A stretch of DNA of 64,000 nt, from assembly GCF_009914755.1 (NCBI RefSeq), contig NC_060926.1. One strand, written 5' to 3'. The notes beneath the pieces were generated by a model. That model saw only the letters and a program-made list of their open reading frames with translations, made no database searches and was not told where the DNA came from. The translations under genes and the position numbers were made by a program. Source of the DNA: the human T2T-CHM13v2.0 reference genome, Homo sapiens. Every line of letters starts with the position of its first letter. Position 1 is the stretch's first letter. Positions 33,358 through 53,150 of this stretch are shown one piece after another.

Positions 33358-33977
33358 TAAATACATACATATATGTATATATGAGCTAAATACATACATA
33401 TATGTATATATGAGCTAAATACATACATATATGTATATATGAGATAAATACATACATATATGTATATATGAGATAAATACATACATATATGTATATATGA
33501 GATACATACATATATGTATATATGAGATACATACATATATGTATATGAGATAAATACATACATATATGTATATATGAGATAAATACATACATATATGTAT
33601 ATATGAGATAAATACATACATATGTGTATATATATACACACACATATGTATATATATATGATAAAAAAAGATATTGGGGAGATGTGCTCTGCTACAGGGG
33701 TTTGTGATAAAGCATTAATTGTCCTAATTACTGTATTTTGCAAGAATCGATATGTTTAAAGCAAAATTAGGAATGCCCTTGTTCTCCAGATATTGGGATA
33801 TCTGGACACTCCCGAGTCTGCATCTGTTTAGTAAACATTATTAATCTGTTCCCTTAACCATAAACATCTAGGGGCTAGGAATTCCTCACTTTCTGGGAAT
33901 GCAGCCCAGGAAGCCTCAGACACATTTTCCTAGCCCTCACTCAAAATGGAGTCACTCCAGTTCAAACACCTCTGACA
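33110..33977 (-). mobile_element. MER41-family (C/D-like) solo LTR interrupted by a tandem repeat
   Basis: Reverse complement begins TGTCAGAGGTGTTTGAACTGGAGTGACTCCATTTTG. Confidence 0.8.
33321..33660. repeat. (CA)n plus an AT-rich ~29-bp minisatellite
   Basis: GATAAATACATACATATATGTATATATGA, about 9-10 copies. Confidence 0.95.
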
Positions 33978-34715
33978 TAAGGACTTCCTTCCAAAGAGTA
34001 CAGTAAGGAAAGGGAAAGAAAGAGGGACTTTTCTGTGGAGAAACGTAATGGACACCGTCTCAGCCAGGTGATCAAGGTCAGCATCAACAGGAATAAATCT
34101 CACCAGTATCCCCAAAACTGTCAAGGTCATCAGAAACAAGAAAAGTCTTAGAAACTGTCACAGCCAAGCGGAGCGTAAGGACACATGACAACTAAATGTA
34201 ATGTGGTGTCCTGGATGAGATCCTCGAACAGAAAATAATATTAGGCAAAAACTAAGGAGATCTGGATAAAATATTCACACTAGCTAATAATAACAAATCA
34301 ATATTAGTTGAGTAATTGTTGCAAATACACCATACTCATGTAAGATGTTGGTTATAGGAGACAATTGAGTACAGGGCATATAGGTGCTCTTTGTACGAAT
34401 TTCTTAATTTTTCTGTAAGTACAAAACTGTCCAAAAAGTTAAGACTATTTTAAAAAAATATTCAACTATCACAATATATTAAATCAACAATTTAAACTAG
34501 GATAATACAATTAAGTCAATAAATACTAAAAAGCTTGTTTCTGATCTTTTTTCAAAGTTTCCAAGTAAAATGATTAAATATGATTCGTCATCAAGAGAAA
34601 GCTTTATACTAAACAGTAAAACACAGAGCCAATTTTATCCATCAGTTTCAAGCTGGAAATATCAGCTGGCACCATTATTAAACATATTTTTTCAAAATTC
34701 TACTGAATATAATTA

Positions 34716-35449
<734 letters not shown>

Positions 35450-36259
35450 TTAAATAGTTGCACATGTTTTCTCTATGAACAGAAATCAGAAATGGAAATG
35501 GAAAACCATGTCATTGAATAGCAACTAAATTCAAAGTGAAATAAAAATAACATCAGGGACATGAGTTTAACTTGAATAAAATTTTGTAGTGGACGTTAAA
35601 ACTAAGTACATTGAGAGACACCGTATCTGAATGGGGAGACTCGCTATCATAGGAATAAAAATCCTCCCAACATTAATAATGTATGGATATTGCTGCAGTT
35701 CTTACACAATATGTTTGAGCTAGCTAAAAGGATTTCAAAAATTACATGGAAAAATAAATGCTTCAGAATCACCAAGACACTAAGTCAAAGAATAATGAGA
35801 GGGAATTGCCTTTATATCCACTATATAGTGGAGAATGCTAAACGCTGCCTGCATTAGTTACCTATTTCTATGTATATACAATCTAATGTTAAAATCTCAG
35901 AGAGACCAAAGGATCACAGTCATATTCAGTCACACAAAGGTCCCTTTAAAGAGATTAAAGGTGTTGCTCTCAGATTGTCTCAAACAATTAAACCTCTAGG
36001 GAGCTTAAGAGTATTTTTCCTCAGCCTCTCAGCAGAAGCTCAAGATAGTGAAGGGTTTATCCAGAGAGATTTGTAGGGTTTCGTCTAATGTAGTTAACAC
36101 ATTATGCAAGCAAACAAAAAGACCCACAAATTTCCTGAGAAATCTGTGTGTCAGTTTGGAGTGGAAAAGGCAGACCCAGTACAACATAAAAAGGAATTGT
36201 TGGACCTCCAAAATTCTAGCAGGAAGCAGGCTGAGAAAACAGATGCTACCTTTTCTTTA

Positions 36260-36655
<396 letters not shown>

Positions 36656-36768
36656 CTAAAATTTGGATTTCAGAATTGCTATGGACCAGTAACACCTGTG
36701 TGCCTCCTATTTGCCCCTTTTTTGTGTGTAGAGATTATCTTGTGCCTGTCCCACCATCGTATATTGGG

Positions 36769-37142
36769 TGATATGGTTTGGCTATTTTCCCAAGCAAATC
36801 TTGTCTTGAATTGTAGCTCCCGTAATACCTATATGTTGTGAGAGGGACCCAGTGGGAGATAATTGAATCATGGGGGCAATTTCCCCTATGCTGTTCTGGT
36901 GGTAGTGAATAAGTCACATGAGATCTGACGGTTTTATAACGGGTTTCCCCTTTCACTTGGCTCTCATTCTCTCTTTGTCTGTCACCATTTAAGACGTGGA
37001 TTTACTCCCCCCGCTTGCCTTCCACCATGATTGTAAGGCCTCCCCAGCCCTGTGGAACTGTGAGTCAATTAAACGTCTTTCCTTTGTAAATTACCCAGTC
37101 TCAGGTATGTCTTTATTAGCAGCATGAGAACAGACTAATACA
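36769..37142 (+). mobile_element. THE1 solo LTR
   Basis: TGATATGGTTTGGCT...GACTAATACA; 5-bp TSD TTGGG. Confidence 0.92.
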
Positions 37143-37539
37143 TTGGGTGTGGGAGGTGGGCAGGTATCTCGTCTCTTTAGCTTCAGAAATCCACAGATCA
37201 ATTGGAACTGTGCTTAAGGAGCTGTACTTGGGGAACTACACCTGATGTATCTCAACCATACCTGGACCTGATTTAGATGATGGGATTCTGGACTTAGAGC
37301 TGATGTTATGAGGTGAGGCTCTGGGGACTCTTGGAGAGTTGTAGATGTATTTGCCATGAGGGAGGGATGTGAATCACTGGGGACCAGAGAGCAGACTATG
37401 GTAGGCAGCTTCCTAGGATGGTCTCCAGTGATCTCCACTTCCTGGTATTCAACCTCTTGTGTAATCCCCTCCCCTTAAGTGTGGCCTGGACCTGTTGCTT
37501 GCTTTTCATGAATAGAATATGGAAAAAGTGATGGAATAT

Positions 37540-38168
37540 TATTACTGGAAAGGGGTCCCGATCCAGACCCCAAGAGAAGGTTCTTGGATCTCACACAAAA
37601 AAAGAGTTCAAAGTGAATTCATAGAGTAAAGTGACAGCAAGCTTATTAAGAAAGTAAAGGAATAAAAGAATGGCTACTCCATAGGCAGAGCAGTGGTGTG
37701 GGCTGCTCGACTAAGAACACTTACGGTTCTTTCTTGATTATATGCTAAACAAGGGGTGGATTATTCATGAGTTTTCCAGGAAAGGGGAGGACAATTCCCA
37801 GAACTGAGGTTTCCTCCCCTTTTTAGACCATGCAGGGTAACTTCCAGACATTGCTAAGGCATTTGTAAACTGTCATGGCACTGATGGGAATGTCTTCTAG
37901 CATGCTAACGCATTATAATTCGTGGATAACGAGCAGTGAGAATGACCAGAGGTCACTTTCATTGCCATCTTGGGTTTGGTAGGTTTTGGCTGGCTTCTTT
38001 ACTGCAAACTGTTTTATCAGCAAGGTCTTTGTACTTTGTGCTGATCTCCTATGTCATCCTATGACTAAGAATGCCTAACCTCCTGGGAATGCACCCCAAT
38101 AGGTCTCAGCCTAATTTTACCCAGCCCCTATTCAATATGGAGTCGCTCTGGTTCAAACACCTCTGACA
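37540..38168 (-). mobile_element. MER41B-type solo LTR
   Basis: Reverse complement begins TGTCAGAGGTGTTTGAACCAGAGCGACTCCAT; ~630 bp; 4-bp TSD ATAT. Confidence 0.88.
37774..37803. promoter_or_regulatory. Tandem GAS (STAT) motifs within MER41B
   Basis: TTCCAGGAA at 37774-37782 and TTCCCAGAA at 37795-37803, both matching TTCNNNGAA. Confidence 0.6.
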
Positions 38169-39659
38169 ATATTACTTCAAAGATTAAGTTACAAAAGACT
38201 GTGGCTTTTTTCTTGCTTACCATCTCTTACCCTCTTTCTTGCTCACTGTAGTGAGGCCAGCAGGCATGTTGTAAACTGCCCAATGGAAAAGCCTATGTAG
38301 TAAGGAACCAAGAGAGGCTTCCAGCCAACAGCTTTTGAGGAATTGAAGCTTTAGTCTAATAACCCATGTAGAAACTGGCCAACAACCATGTGAGAGTGCT
38401 TGGAAGCTGATCTATCCCTAATCAAGCCTGAAGGTAACTGCAGCCCTGCTGACACCTTGACTGCAACCAGAGCCCAAGGATCCAGCTACGTTATGTCCAG
38501 ATTCCTGACTCAAAGAATCTATGAGCTAATAAACGTAGGGGTTTTAAGCCACTAAGCTCTGGAGCAATTCGTTATGCAGCAACAGAGTGTGTAATAATTA
38601 CCCTCAAACATAGCAGCTTAAAATAACAAGCATTTATTACCTCAGTTTCTGAGGATCAGGAATCCACCTGCAGCTTAGCTGGGTGGTTCTGGCTCAGAGT
38701 GTCTCACGAGGGTGTAGTCAAGCTATCCGCCTGAGCTGCAACATCTCAAGGCCTGACTGAGGCTGGAGAATCCACTTCCAAGCTCACTGTATGGTTGTTG
38801 GGAGGCCAGACACTCAGTTCTTTCCATATAGGTTTCTCCACAGGGCTACCTCACAACATAGCAACTGGCTTCCCCCAGAGCAAGTGGTCAGAGAGAGATC
38901 TCAAGACTGGCTGTCGTCTTTTTGTAATCTATTCTCAGACGTGACATGCTATCACTCTTGCCTATGATGTTGGACACACAGATTAAACTTAGTGTAACAT
39001 GGGAGGGGACTACACAAGATTGTAAATACTAGGTGTCAGGGATTATTGGGGGCCATCTTGAAGGCTCATTACCAACTTCCTGTGTCCATTTCTCTTCTTC
39101 CCATTAGTTTTATCTAAGAATAGGCCAACCTGTCAGAGATTACGTTCTCTGGACTCCTTTTTAGCTAGATTGGTAGTGTGACTACATTCTGACTAAAGGC
39201 ACACATATGGAATAAAGTCATGTGACTTTGGGGTTATGCCCTTAAAAAGGATTTTGTTTCTCTCCCCCATTTTTCTCTCATACCATGGGCTGGAACATAG
39301 GTATAGTGAGACTATGCAGGTAACACCCTAAGGGATGGCTACGAAAACAAAAAAGAATTTGGCTCCTTGAATTAACTCATAGGTTGCAGCAGCCTACATC
39401 ACTTGGACATCCTGCCAGCTTTGGATTTTCAGAGAAATAAACCTATCTTATGTAAGTTCCTATACTTAATCATTTTTAGGTAGTTGAATCTCCTAAAAAA
39501 AACACTACAATCAGCCCACTATTGAACTGACCCAAGGATATTCAGACTACAGAATCCAGAGATAAATCAAGCACATTTCAGAATTTAATGTAAGACAATG
39601 GCACAGTATTTCAATTTAATGAGAAAATGATAGCTTATTAAATAAATTATCATGTTGAT

Positions 39660-40955
39660 ATTACCAGACAAGTTTACATAAACAAGAGACATCTTTCTGA
39701 CTGTGATTCCAACCTTGCTGTCTAGTACAGTAATGATGCTCACCTTCCTCCTGACATTTAGGAGCTGTCATATGGCCCTTACTGTGCTGGGATCCTATGC
39801 TCCCCATTGCTAACAGGAAGTCCAGTTCTGTAACAGCATCCCCACCATTCTTCTTGACCTTCAGAAGACATTTGCTACCGTGCCTCTCATTGATGCTGCT
39901 GCCCTCCCACCAGTGCCTTCTTAGCTCTGATAAATGGAGTGTCTTTTTGAACTCTTTGTCCATAGTTCTGGCATCTCTGCTTCATTTAATGTGGGCCATT
40001 GATTTTTCCAAGCTTCTGAAGCTTTGCAGCGGTATATTAGAGCTTTCTTGTGGGGCTCATTGCAGGTGTTAAATCTTGTGTTATGTAAAAGATGCCCCCA
40101 CCTTGAGAAGGCTTCTGTATTGGAGTTCTCCAGAGGGGGAGAACAAATAGGATGTATAGGATATACGGATATATCCTATATATATCCTATACATCCTATC
40201 AAATAGGATGTATAGGATATATAGATACATAGATATATATCTATGTATCCTAGGATATATCTATATATCTATATATATGTATCTATATATCTATATATCC
40301 TAGGATACATAGATATATCCTATATATTTGTATAGGATATATAGGATGTATAGGATATATAGATGTATAGGATGTATAGGATATATAGATATATCCTATA
40401 TGATATATGTGATATATCATATATCACATATATGTATGTGTGTGTATATATATCTCTCTCCTATATCTATATCTCTATCTATCTATCTATCTACAGGAGT
40501 TTATTAGGGAAAACTGCCTCACATGATTACAAGGTGACTGTCTGCAAGCTGGGGAAAGAGAGAATCAGTAGTGGCTCAGTCCAAGTCAGAAGGCCTCAAA
40601 ACCAGGGAAGCCAACAATGCAGCTTCAGTCTGAGGCCAAAGGCCTAAGAGCTCTCAGGAAGCCACTGGAGTCTGAGGTCCAAGGGCAGGAAGAGTGGAAG
40701 CCAGTGGCCGGCATGGGAAGAAGAAAGAAAGCCAGAAGACTCAACAAGCAAACTTATCCTATTTTCTGCCTTCTTCATTCTAGCCTGGCAGCTAGATTGG
40801 ATGGTGCCCACCCACACTGAGGGTGGGTCTTCCTCTCCCAAACCAACAACTCAAATGTCAGTCTCCTCTGGCAATACCCTCACAGACACACCCAGAAACA
40901 ATGCCAGCTATCTAGGTGTCCTTCAATCCAATCAAGTTGACACCTAATATGAACA
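39660..40955. mobile_element. ERVL internal remnant plus an MLT2-type LTR
   Basis: TGTATTGGAGTTCTCCAGAGG...CAATCCAATCAAGTTGACACCTAA, MLT2-like termini. Confidence 0.7.
40148..40492. repeat. TA-rich, partly palindromic low-complexity repeat
   Basis: Repeats of TATAGGATAT/ATATCCTATA and (CTAT)n. Confidence 0.95.
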
Positions 40956-42350
40956 GCTTCCTTATGCAGCCTCACCTTCTACCCAACCTTGACTCCTAGC
41001 CATTAAGATCTATTCCTAGGTACACACTACCAGTTCTCTTAATCCCTGTTATTCAGGCCCTGCTGCTCCTTTACATATAACATCTCCCTCCCTCAGCAGG
41101 GCAAGCATATCCTGAGGTAGATCAGGCTTTGAAATTCCACTCTAGTTAATGACCTTGTAGCCAGGCTGATCTTGAACTCCTGGGCTCAAGCAATTCTCCT
41201 GCCACAGCCTCTCACAGTGCTGGGATTATAGATGTGAGCAAAACATCCAGCCAATCCTTTAGAAAAGGGGTGCACCTATGATTATCAGCAGGTAAGCCTC
41301 ACAGCAGCTGGGCATGGATGCACTGACCTGGTGAAGGGATGTGGGTAGAGAAAGAGCACTAGCCTCAGGGAGAGAACATGCTGACTGGCTAGGTATCTTC
41401 TATGTGCCCAGCCCTGCATCCAGCATTGGGTGTGGTCCCACTAACCATAACTGCTAAAAGTCAGGGAGGATGATTCTACACTGAAAATCAGGGCTTTGTT
41501 GCAGAAGGAGGGTACCAAGCAGACAAAACAACAGACCTTATTACAATAGAATTCTAGGTGCCAGATAATTTATTATATATAGTATGTTTGAGATGACACA
41601 CAAAATCAGAGGGTCTACTATTTAAAATAATTTTGTCATCTTTCTCTAGAGAAAGAAAAAAATAAATTCTGCAAATTTTTAACTCCCTAATCATATTAAT
41701 TAGCCAGAACAAACTAATAAAAAACTCTTTAGCTAAGCAGCAACGTCATTGACTTTACATCTCAGAAGCATCACAAATAAAGGGACTGCTCTCCAAAAAG
41801 TAAAAGATAATCAGTCTCAAGACATCACTGGCTGAAGTGAGCACAGATTTATGACCACGTCTTGGTTAGTTCTGCCTCCAAGGCAAAAAGCAGTCCCCCA
41901 AGATCAGCTTCCAATCTCACACACCTCCAATCACCTCATTAGCCCAGTGCAACTTCCCTTCGTTTGGATGATACACACCCAAAAATGAACCTCTCATCCA
42001 GGCTATTCATGAACTCTTATCAGGGAAACTTTCCCATCCTGGTTTGGTAAACTGCTATTCAACTGACTTTTTTAGCTATCTGATTCCAACTGTGTGGCCT
42101 TAAAACATACACACGCATATAATGCAAGGGATTGTGAGTCTCCATTACTGGAGTAGCTGGTTTCAGCCTTCTGTATGTTCTTTGATTTCATGTGTTTGTG
42201 TGTGTATTTCAATTTCTCAGTAGAGATCCAAGATCAAAGAGCCACCCTGAAACTGCACGCACAACCTTAGCCAATATCATATATCAAGAACAATAGTGCA
42301 TCCCGGGGGTAATGACGAAGATGAGTGCCATCCTCAAAAACAAAAGATCC

Positions 42351-42658
<308 letters not shown>

Positions 42659-42840
42659 TCACTGGTGGTTCCTATTATGTTCCCAAGTAGTTTACCAGAT
42701 TGACTCCTGCACACCTGGATTTAAGGTGTATCACAGTGGCCAGCTACAACATTAACCAAGTAATAACCTCAAATGGAGCTACTATAACAATGTAGTATCC
42801 CTACTACTAAAGCACGTTAACACAGCCGCTAGTAATCTAG

Positions 42841-43232
<392 letters not shown>

Positions 43233-44365
43233 ACCCAGGAGCTATGTTAATTCTCCTGATCTCTGTCTCAGTATAACCAAAAGAGAGCTGGACCATCTGG
43301 GACATTCCTCCAAATGTCACATTGGTCCACTTTATTGATGACAACACATTAATTGGACCTGATGAGCATGAACTGGCAAGTACTCAGGATGCCTTTGTGA
43401 AAATACGCACTTAATGAGGATGGGAAGTAAGTCCCGTAAAGATTCAGAGGTTTGCACAGTGATGACAATTTTAGGAGTCCAAAAGTGTGGAACATGTCAG
43501 GATGGGCCCTCCAAAGCAGGAACAAGTTTTTCACCTTGAACATCTTACTACTAAAGAAAGAGGCACAGTGCTTGGGAGACCCCTTCTGGTTTTGAAGGTA
43601 GACTATGTCACACTTGGGAATATCATTCCAACCCATTTATTGGATATTAGTAACAAGCTGTTAATTTTGATAGAGGCTCCGAGCAGAAAAGGGCACTGCA
43701 GCATATTTGGGCTATAGTACAGACAGAACTGCTGCCTGGGCCAAGTGAATGGACATACCTCATGGATTAGAATTAGAAAGTGATACCATGTGGAACCCCA
43801 ATAGGAGAATCTCAGCATAGACATACAGGGTTCTGCAGCAAGTTATGTATCTGCAGCAGAGAACTAGACATCATTTAAAAAACAGCCCCTCACATGCTAC
43901 CAGGGTGTGGTGAGACGCTGCCTCTGACTATGGGCCATCAAGTGATCATGTGGTCAGAACTGCCCATCATGAACTGCATGCTGTGAGACCCAGAGTCATA
44001 AGGTTTAGCAGAGCCTGCAGCAATCCATTGAAAGGTGGAAATGGCACATCCAAGATCATGTCCAAGCAGATCCAGAGCAAATAACTAAGCTGCATGAGCA
44101 AAGAGCCAGACACCCACATGATCCACTTTTTCTCAGCTCATCTCACATAGCAACATGGGTCAATTACCAACAGATGACAGAAGGACAAATGGTCTGAGTG
44201 TGATTCAGGGATGGGTTGGCCCAGTATATTGGTACCCGCTGAAAAGGCACTGCTATTGCATGGTTGACCCACTCAGAGATAAGAGTGATGAGGAGAATCC
44301 CTCCAGGGGGCAGACATTCAGGCTATGCAATTGGTCATACACTTTGGGTGGAGAGAGAAGTAACC

Positions 44366-44731
44366 TGGATTAGTCCATTCTCACGCTGCTATAAAGAACT
44401 GCCCAAGACCGGGTAATTTATTAAGGTAAGAGGTTTAATTGACTCACAGTTTCACATGGCTGGGGAGGCCTCAGGAAACTTACAATCACAGAGGAAGGGG
44501 AAGCAAACACATTCTTCTTTAAATGATGGCAGGAAGGAGAAGTGCCAAGCAAAAGCCCCTTATGAAACCATCAGATCTCGTGAGAACTCAGTCACTATCA
44601 CGAGAACAGCATGGAGGTAACTGCCACCATGATTCAATCACCTCCAACTGGGTCCCTCCCATGACACATAGGGATTATGGGAACTACAATTCAAGATGAG
44701 ATTTGGGTGGGGACACAGCCAAACCATATCA
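44366..44731 (-). mobile_element. THE1 solo LTR
   Basis: ...GGACACAGCCAAACCATATCA end; 5-bp TSD TAACC. Confidence 0.92.
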
Positions 44732-47700
44732 TAACCCAAAGTAAGAATATACATCCACTCACAGGCAGTGATGAATGACTTGACTGGTGGATTAGGGGAT
44801 TGGAAGGAGCAGCATAGTAAGATCAAGGGACAAGGAGGTCTGGGGAAGAGGTATATTGTTGGACCTATGGGAGTGGACATCAAGTATCAGGGTCTTTGTA
44901 GCACATGTTAATGCTCATAAGGGACCATCCATTGCGCATGAGATATTAAGCCAATGCATAGATTGAGTGACTCAACTAATTGATGCCCACCAGCCTCTAC
45001 CCTCAGCCATCCTGGTGCTTCCATCATGGCCTCAGGAAGGAAATAGCCAGGAAGGCATAGATGGAGGCTACGCAGAGGCCCAAGAACACAGGCTCCTCTC
45101 ACCAAGAGTGGTGTAATTTTCCAGCCTGTCAGCAACAGAGATGGATGCTGAGCCACCTGTACATTCCCTTGTGGCAACCAGCCAGCAACTTGGTGACAAG
45201 TTTATTACAATGAATCCTTGCTACTCTGGAAAGGGCAGCCACTCATCCTGACTGGAACTGATACAAGTTCTGGGTAAGGGTTTGGCTTTCCTGCCTGCAG
45301 AGCCAGAGCCAGCACCACTATTTGAGAACTCACAGTGGGAGTGATTTACCAATATGAGATTCCACAAAGCCTAGCTTCAAACAAGGGACCCACTTGATGA
45401 CAAAGGAGGTGCAGCCATGGGCCCATGACCACAGGATCCACTGTTCCTAACATGTACTGCATCCTCCAGAACCTTCCAGCCTGACACAGCAGTGGAATGG
45501 CCTCTTAAAGATGCAGTTGAGGTGCTGACCTGGAGACGACGCCCTGTGAGGATGGAATGCTATTCTTCAAGATGCAACACACTCCTTAAACCAACAGCCA
45601 TTAGATATGTGGTGTTCCTGAAAGGTAGAATTCATCGAAATGGGGACTAAATGGTGGAGAGGGGAATGGCCTTTCTCAACATCTCTCTTGGGGAATTTGT
45701 GTTTCTGTTCCTCACCAACTTTAGATTCTGTGGGACTAGAAGCTGTGGATTCCGAATAAAGCATGCTTTATCAGGGGGTATAGGAAGAGTCCCACTAAAC
45801 TTAAAGTAGTAGATGCCATGGTGCCCACTCAGGTCCCTTCACCAGCCCGTGCACCTAATGCTGCAATGTAAGCTGCTAACAGCTCACATCTGCCCCCTCT
45901 CCAGGGAATTGCCCTGAGATGATATAGCTACTTTTCCTGGGGAGTGATCTTTCCTCTAGGTACAGACTACAGCCAATGACCAAATGAAATAGATTATAAA
46001 AGGTAAGCCCCTTGCCTCTAGGGGAGACCAACTATGATGTAGTTTGTCCTCAATGCTTTCATCTTGTGGATCAGACCAGGCTAGATCTGACCTGACACCA
46101 CATCCTTGCTTAGTTCCTTCCCCTGCCCTCTCCTGTTTCTCCCCTTCCCCTATAGGTTTTTCCTGAAGGGCATTTCTTCAATACGTCATGTGACCCCAAA
46201 CCACTGTCTCAGGCTCTGCTTCCAGGGAAGCTGAGCTAAGACCCTTCCCCTGGCTACATGGATTGCTTCAGGTAAGACAGATAATCTCAGCTTGTCCAAT
46301 TATGATTGACCCCAAAAATCTGTTGAGAGCCAGGTTATGTGCCTGGAGGTGCTGACAGCCACTGTGCCCCCATGATGGGGGCCTGCTTGTGGATAGAACC
46401 AGCACTGAGGAGAGTGTAGTGAGAGACCGAGAGAGTGAGACCAAGTCCTGAGGACATTGCTTACGCTCCTAGATTCAGGCAAGCCTTTGTCCTTCAACAC
46501 ATACTTTTTTGTTCTACTTAAACTATTTTGAATATGTTTGGGAGGCCCAACTGGCACACCTGCACCATTCCCCCACAACCCACAATATCTCTGGGACATT
46601 CCTTTCTGCACATCTACAGATCTTCGACATGAAGTGCTTATAGAGCTGGAAGGAGGACATGTAGAATCCTAACACACCTAAATTATCCAAAAACAGAGGT
46701 GGTTGTATTGTATCTAGTACTGTTTTTGTTTACTTTAGTAGATCTTCTCTTTCGTTTTTAAATGGCTAACTCACACAATGTTTTTTAGCATGAACTCTGT
46801 TAATGAAACATATTAAGACACCAAAATGTATTATAAAATAAATGATCCCAGTTAACAAACAGCTTAACACATAGGGAAAAGAGGAATGTGATTATTCCTG
46901 TTTCTGAATACATCTAGAGATCAGCCAACACCATCACATTCAGAGCATAACTTGTAGAAATCCCATAATCCACTTTTGATTGACAATCACGAGAGAGTAG
47001 CCAACCATAGAGAATCAACAAGGAGAAAAACATGGACAGATTGACTTACCTTGTTGGGAAGACACTTTTCACCCTCCAAAGGAAAGAACAAATAATTGGA
47101 TTCACCCTAAATGTAAGAAATCCAGATGGTTTACCAAGCCACAGAAATCTATGTCCATCTATAGTAGAGTTCCAGACTGTGGCACCTGCCAGCAACTGTT
47201 AGCTGACTCTGCTGCTGATGTTACAGAGAGTATTGCTAACAAGCAGACATCATAATTTATGCATGGAGCTAAGAGAGGTTTGCTGTTTCTGCTGTACTGA
47301 AGGTCCTGCTTATTCATGGAAATAAGAACTGGACTAGAGTCTGTAAAAGAAGCTAAAAGTTTTAATCAATTCAGGCATAAAAATAAGGTTCAACTGTGAG
47401 TCTTCAAAAAGTCCTGTTGTGGGAAACTGAAAGGAAATTAGGCCCTGGAACTAATGAAACCAAATGATGAATTGCCGAACACTTTAATTTGACTTTTTCT
47501 TTCCAGTTATCTCCTGTGTGGATTTTCATAAGAATTTGATTCCTGAGTGAATATTCAGTCTGCTAGTTCAATAATTCAGGCTGCTGAAACAAGAAAAGGA
47601 ATGGGTGCTTAAATTGGAGAGAAAATGGATTTAAAGACATATTTGATATGTATTGTGTCTCAAGTGTTTTCCACACATCATCTCATTTATTCCTCAGAAT

Positions 47701-47784
47701 GATTTCATTAGGTAAGTATTTTTTTATTTCTTTTTTAAATTGACAGGTAAAAATTGTATATATTCATGGTGTGCAACATGGTGT

Positions 47785-48101
<317 letters not shown>

Positions 48102-48539
48102 ACGTAGTGTTTTAATATACGTATACACTGTGGAATGACTAGGCCATTTAGCATGTGCATTATTAGATAAATATTATTAACTTCACTCTACAGATGAGGA
48201 AACCAAAGCTCATGGAGGCTCAAAATTGTGCCCACAATTTCAGAGCCGATAAGTAGATCAAGACTGGATTCAAATCTATACCAATGTGATACCAAACTCT
48301 GGTATTTTGTGTGTATGTGTGAGGGTGAGGAACATCAGGGCATATGAATGGTGCCAAACCTTTGAGGATTATTTCCTATTCAATTATCATCCATTCCTTG
48401 ACTTGCAGTACGTTTCTAAATATTATGGTGTTTGAGTTGTGTCTGGTCAGGAAATCAGAAACCACCACTCAAGTTATTTGAAACAGGAAATTTGATTCAA
48501 GGAATTAATTACAAAAGTATTAGGAGGGATAGTGATTCA

Positions 48540-51690
<3,151 letters not shown>

Positions 51691-51700
51691 AAAATGTTGG

Positions 51701-52066
<366 letters not shown>

Positions 52067-52939
52067 CTACCATCCACCTAACCTGGAGAAAGAAAAGGAA
52101 AGGTGTTTTCCAGGACCCACAATCACCAGGCTACTGAGGCTACTGGGATACACTGTTGCCTCAAGAATAAAAGAAGTCTGTGGCTTTGATCATCTTCCAA
52201 TTTACTGCCAGTGACTCCTACTGGCAGAACCTAAAATCAACTGAAAAGAGAGTCTAGGAAATGTGGTTTGCAGGCTTCCAGCCGCCCTGTGATACAGAGA
52301 CGCATGCAAGGGGTGCGAATGGAGTTAAGAGCCAGTAGACAACTGATTGGCACACTTGGGAAATAGTTATACCCCTGACCAAAAAAAAAAAACAAACAAA
52401 CAAAAAACCTTTTAATTTTGAAATAGTTATACATTTGCAGAAAATTGCAAAAAAAAAAAAAAAAAAAAAAAAAAGGACCAGAAGGTCACATATACCCTTT
52501 TCTCAATTTTCCCCAATGGTAACATCTTGCATAGCTATTGTACAATATCAAAACTAGCAATTGACCTTGGAGGCAGATGAGCATTAGGGAAAAACTAGGT
52601 AAAAGAGATGCTGATGCCTTTGACTTTTCCTTGGGTCAATACATGTTGGAACCAGCTCAGATGATATTTTCAGTTGCCTTCCATTCTAAATCTGGATCAA
52701 AACCCATTTCTTCTAAGAAATTTTTCCTGATTATTCCCCTTGCCCCACATTCCTATTTCCTTAGCACCTCTAGTCATTATCGCTTAAGGGAGTGGGGAGG
52801 GCAAATTATCTCAAATTTGTATTTTCATTTGTAATTTTTCTCTAATTGTTCCCTTTGTGCATGCTTCATCTCACTCACTAAATTGTAAATTGCTTGGGTT
52901 CTGAGATTTTTGTTCTTTGTTGCTACTATTGCCCTAGCA

Positions 52940-53150
52940 CACTGAGAGTGGTTAGGAGCATGGACTTTGGAGTCAAAAGAGATTAGGACCAACTTCTGAG
53001 CAAGTTACTTCACTTCTTGAGGCCTCATTTTCTCCTTTGTAATATGTACAGAATAATAATGGTATTAACCTCATGGGTCGATAGTAAGGATTCATTGGAA
53101 AAGTATTTGTAAGGTGCCTAGCACAGTGCCTGGCATATATTAGCTACTGA
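52940..53150 (+). mobile_element. MIR
   Basis: GCAAGTTACTT...CCTCATTTTCTCC...GCACAGTGCCTGGCA core. Confidence 0.75.

Noticed and set aside
33180-33743. 187-aa Y/I/C/M-rich ORF and a regularly spaced repeat that might suggest a CRISPR array
   Set aside because: It is the translation of a head-to-tail minisatellite with no unique spacers, in a eukaryotic context with no cas genes.
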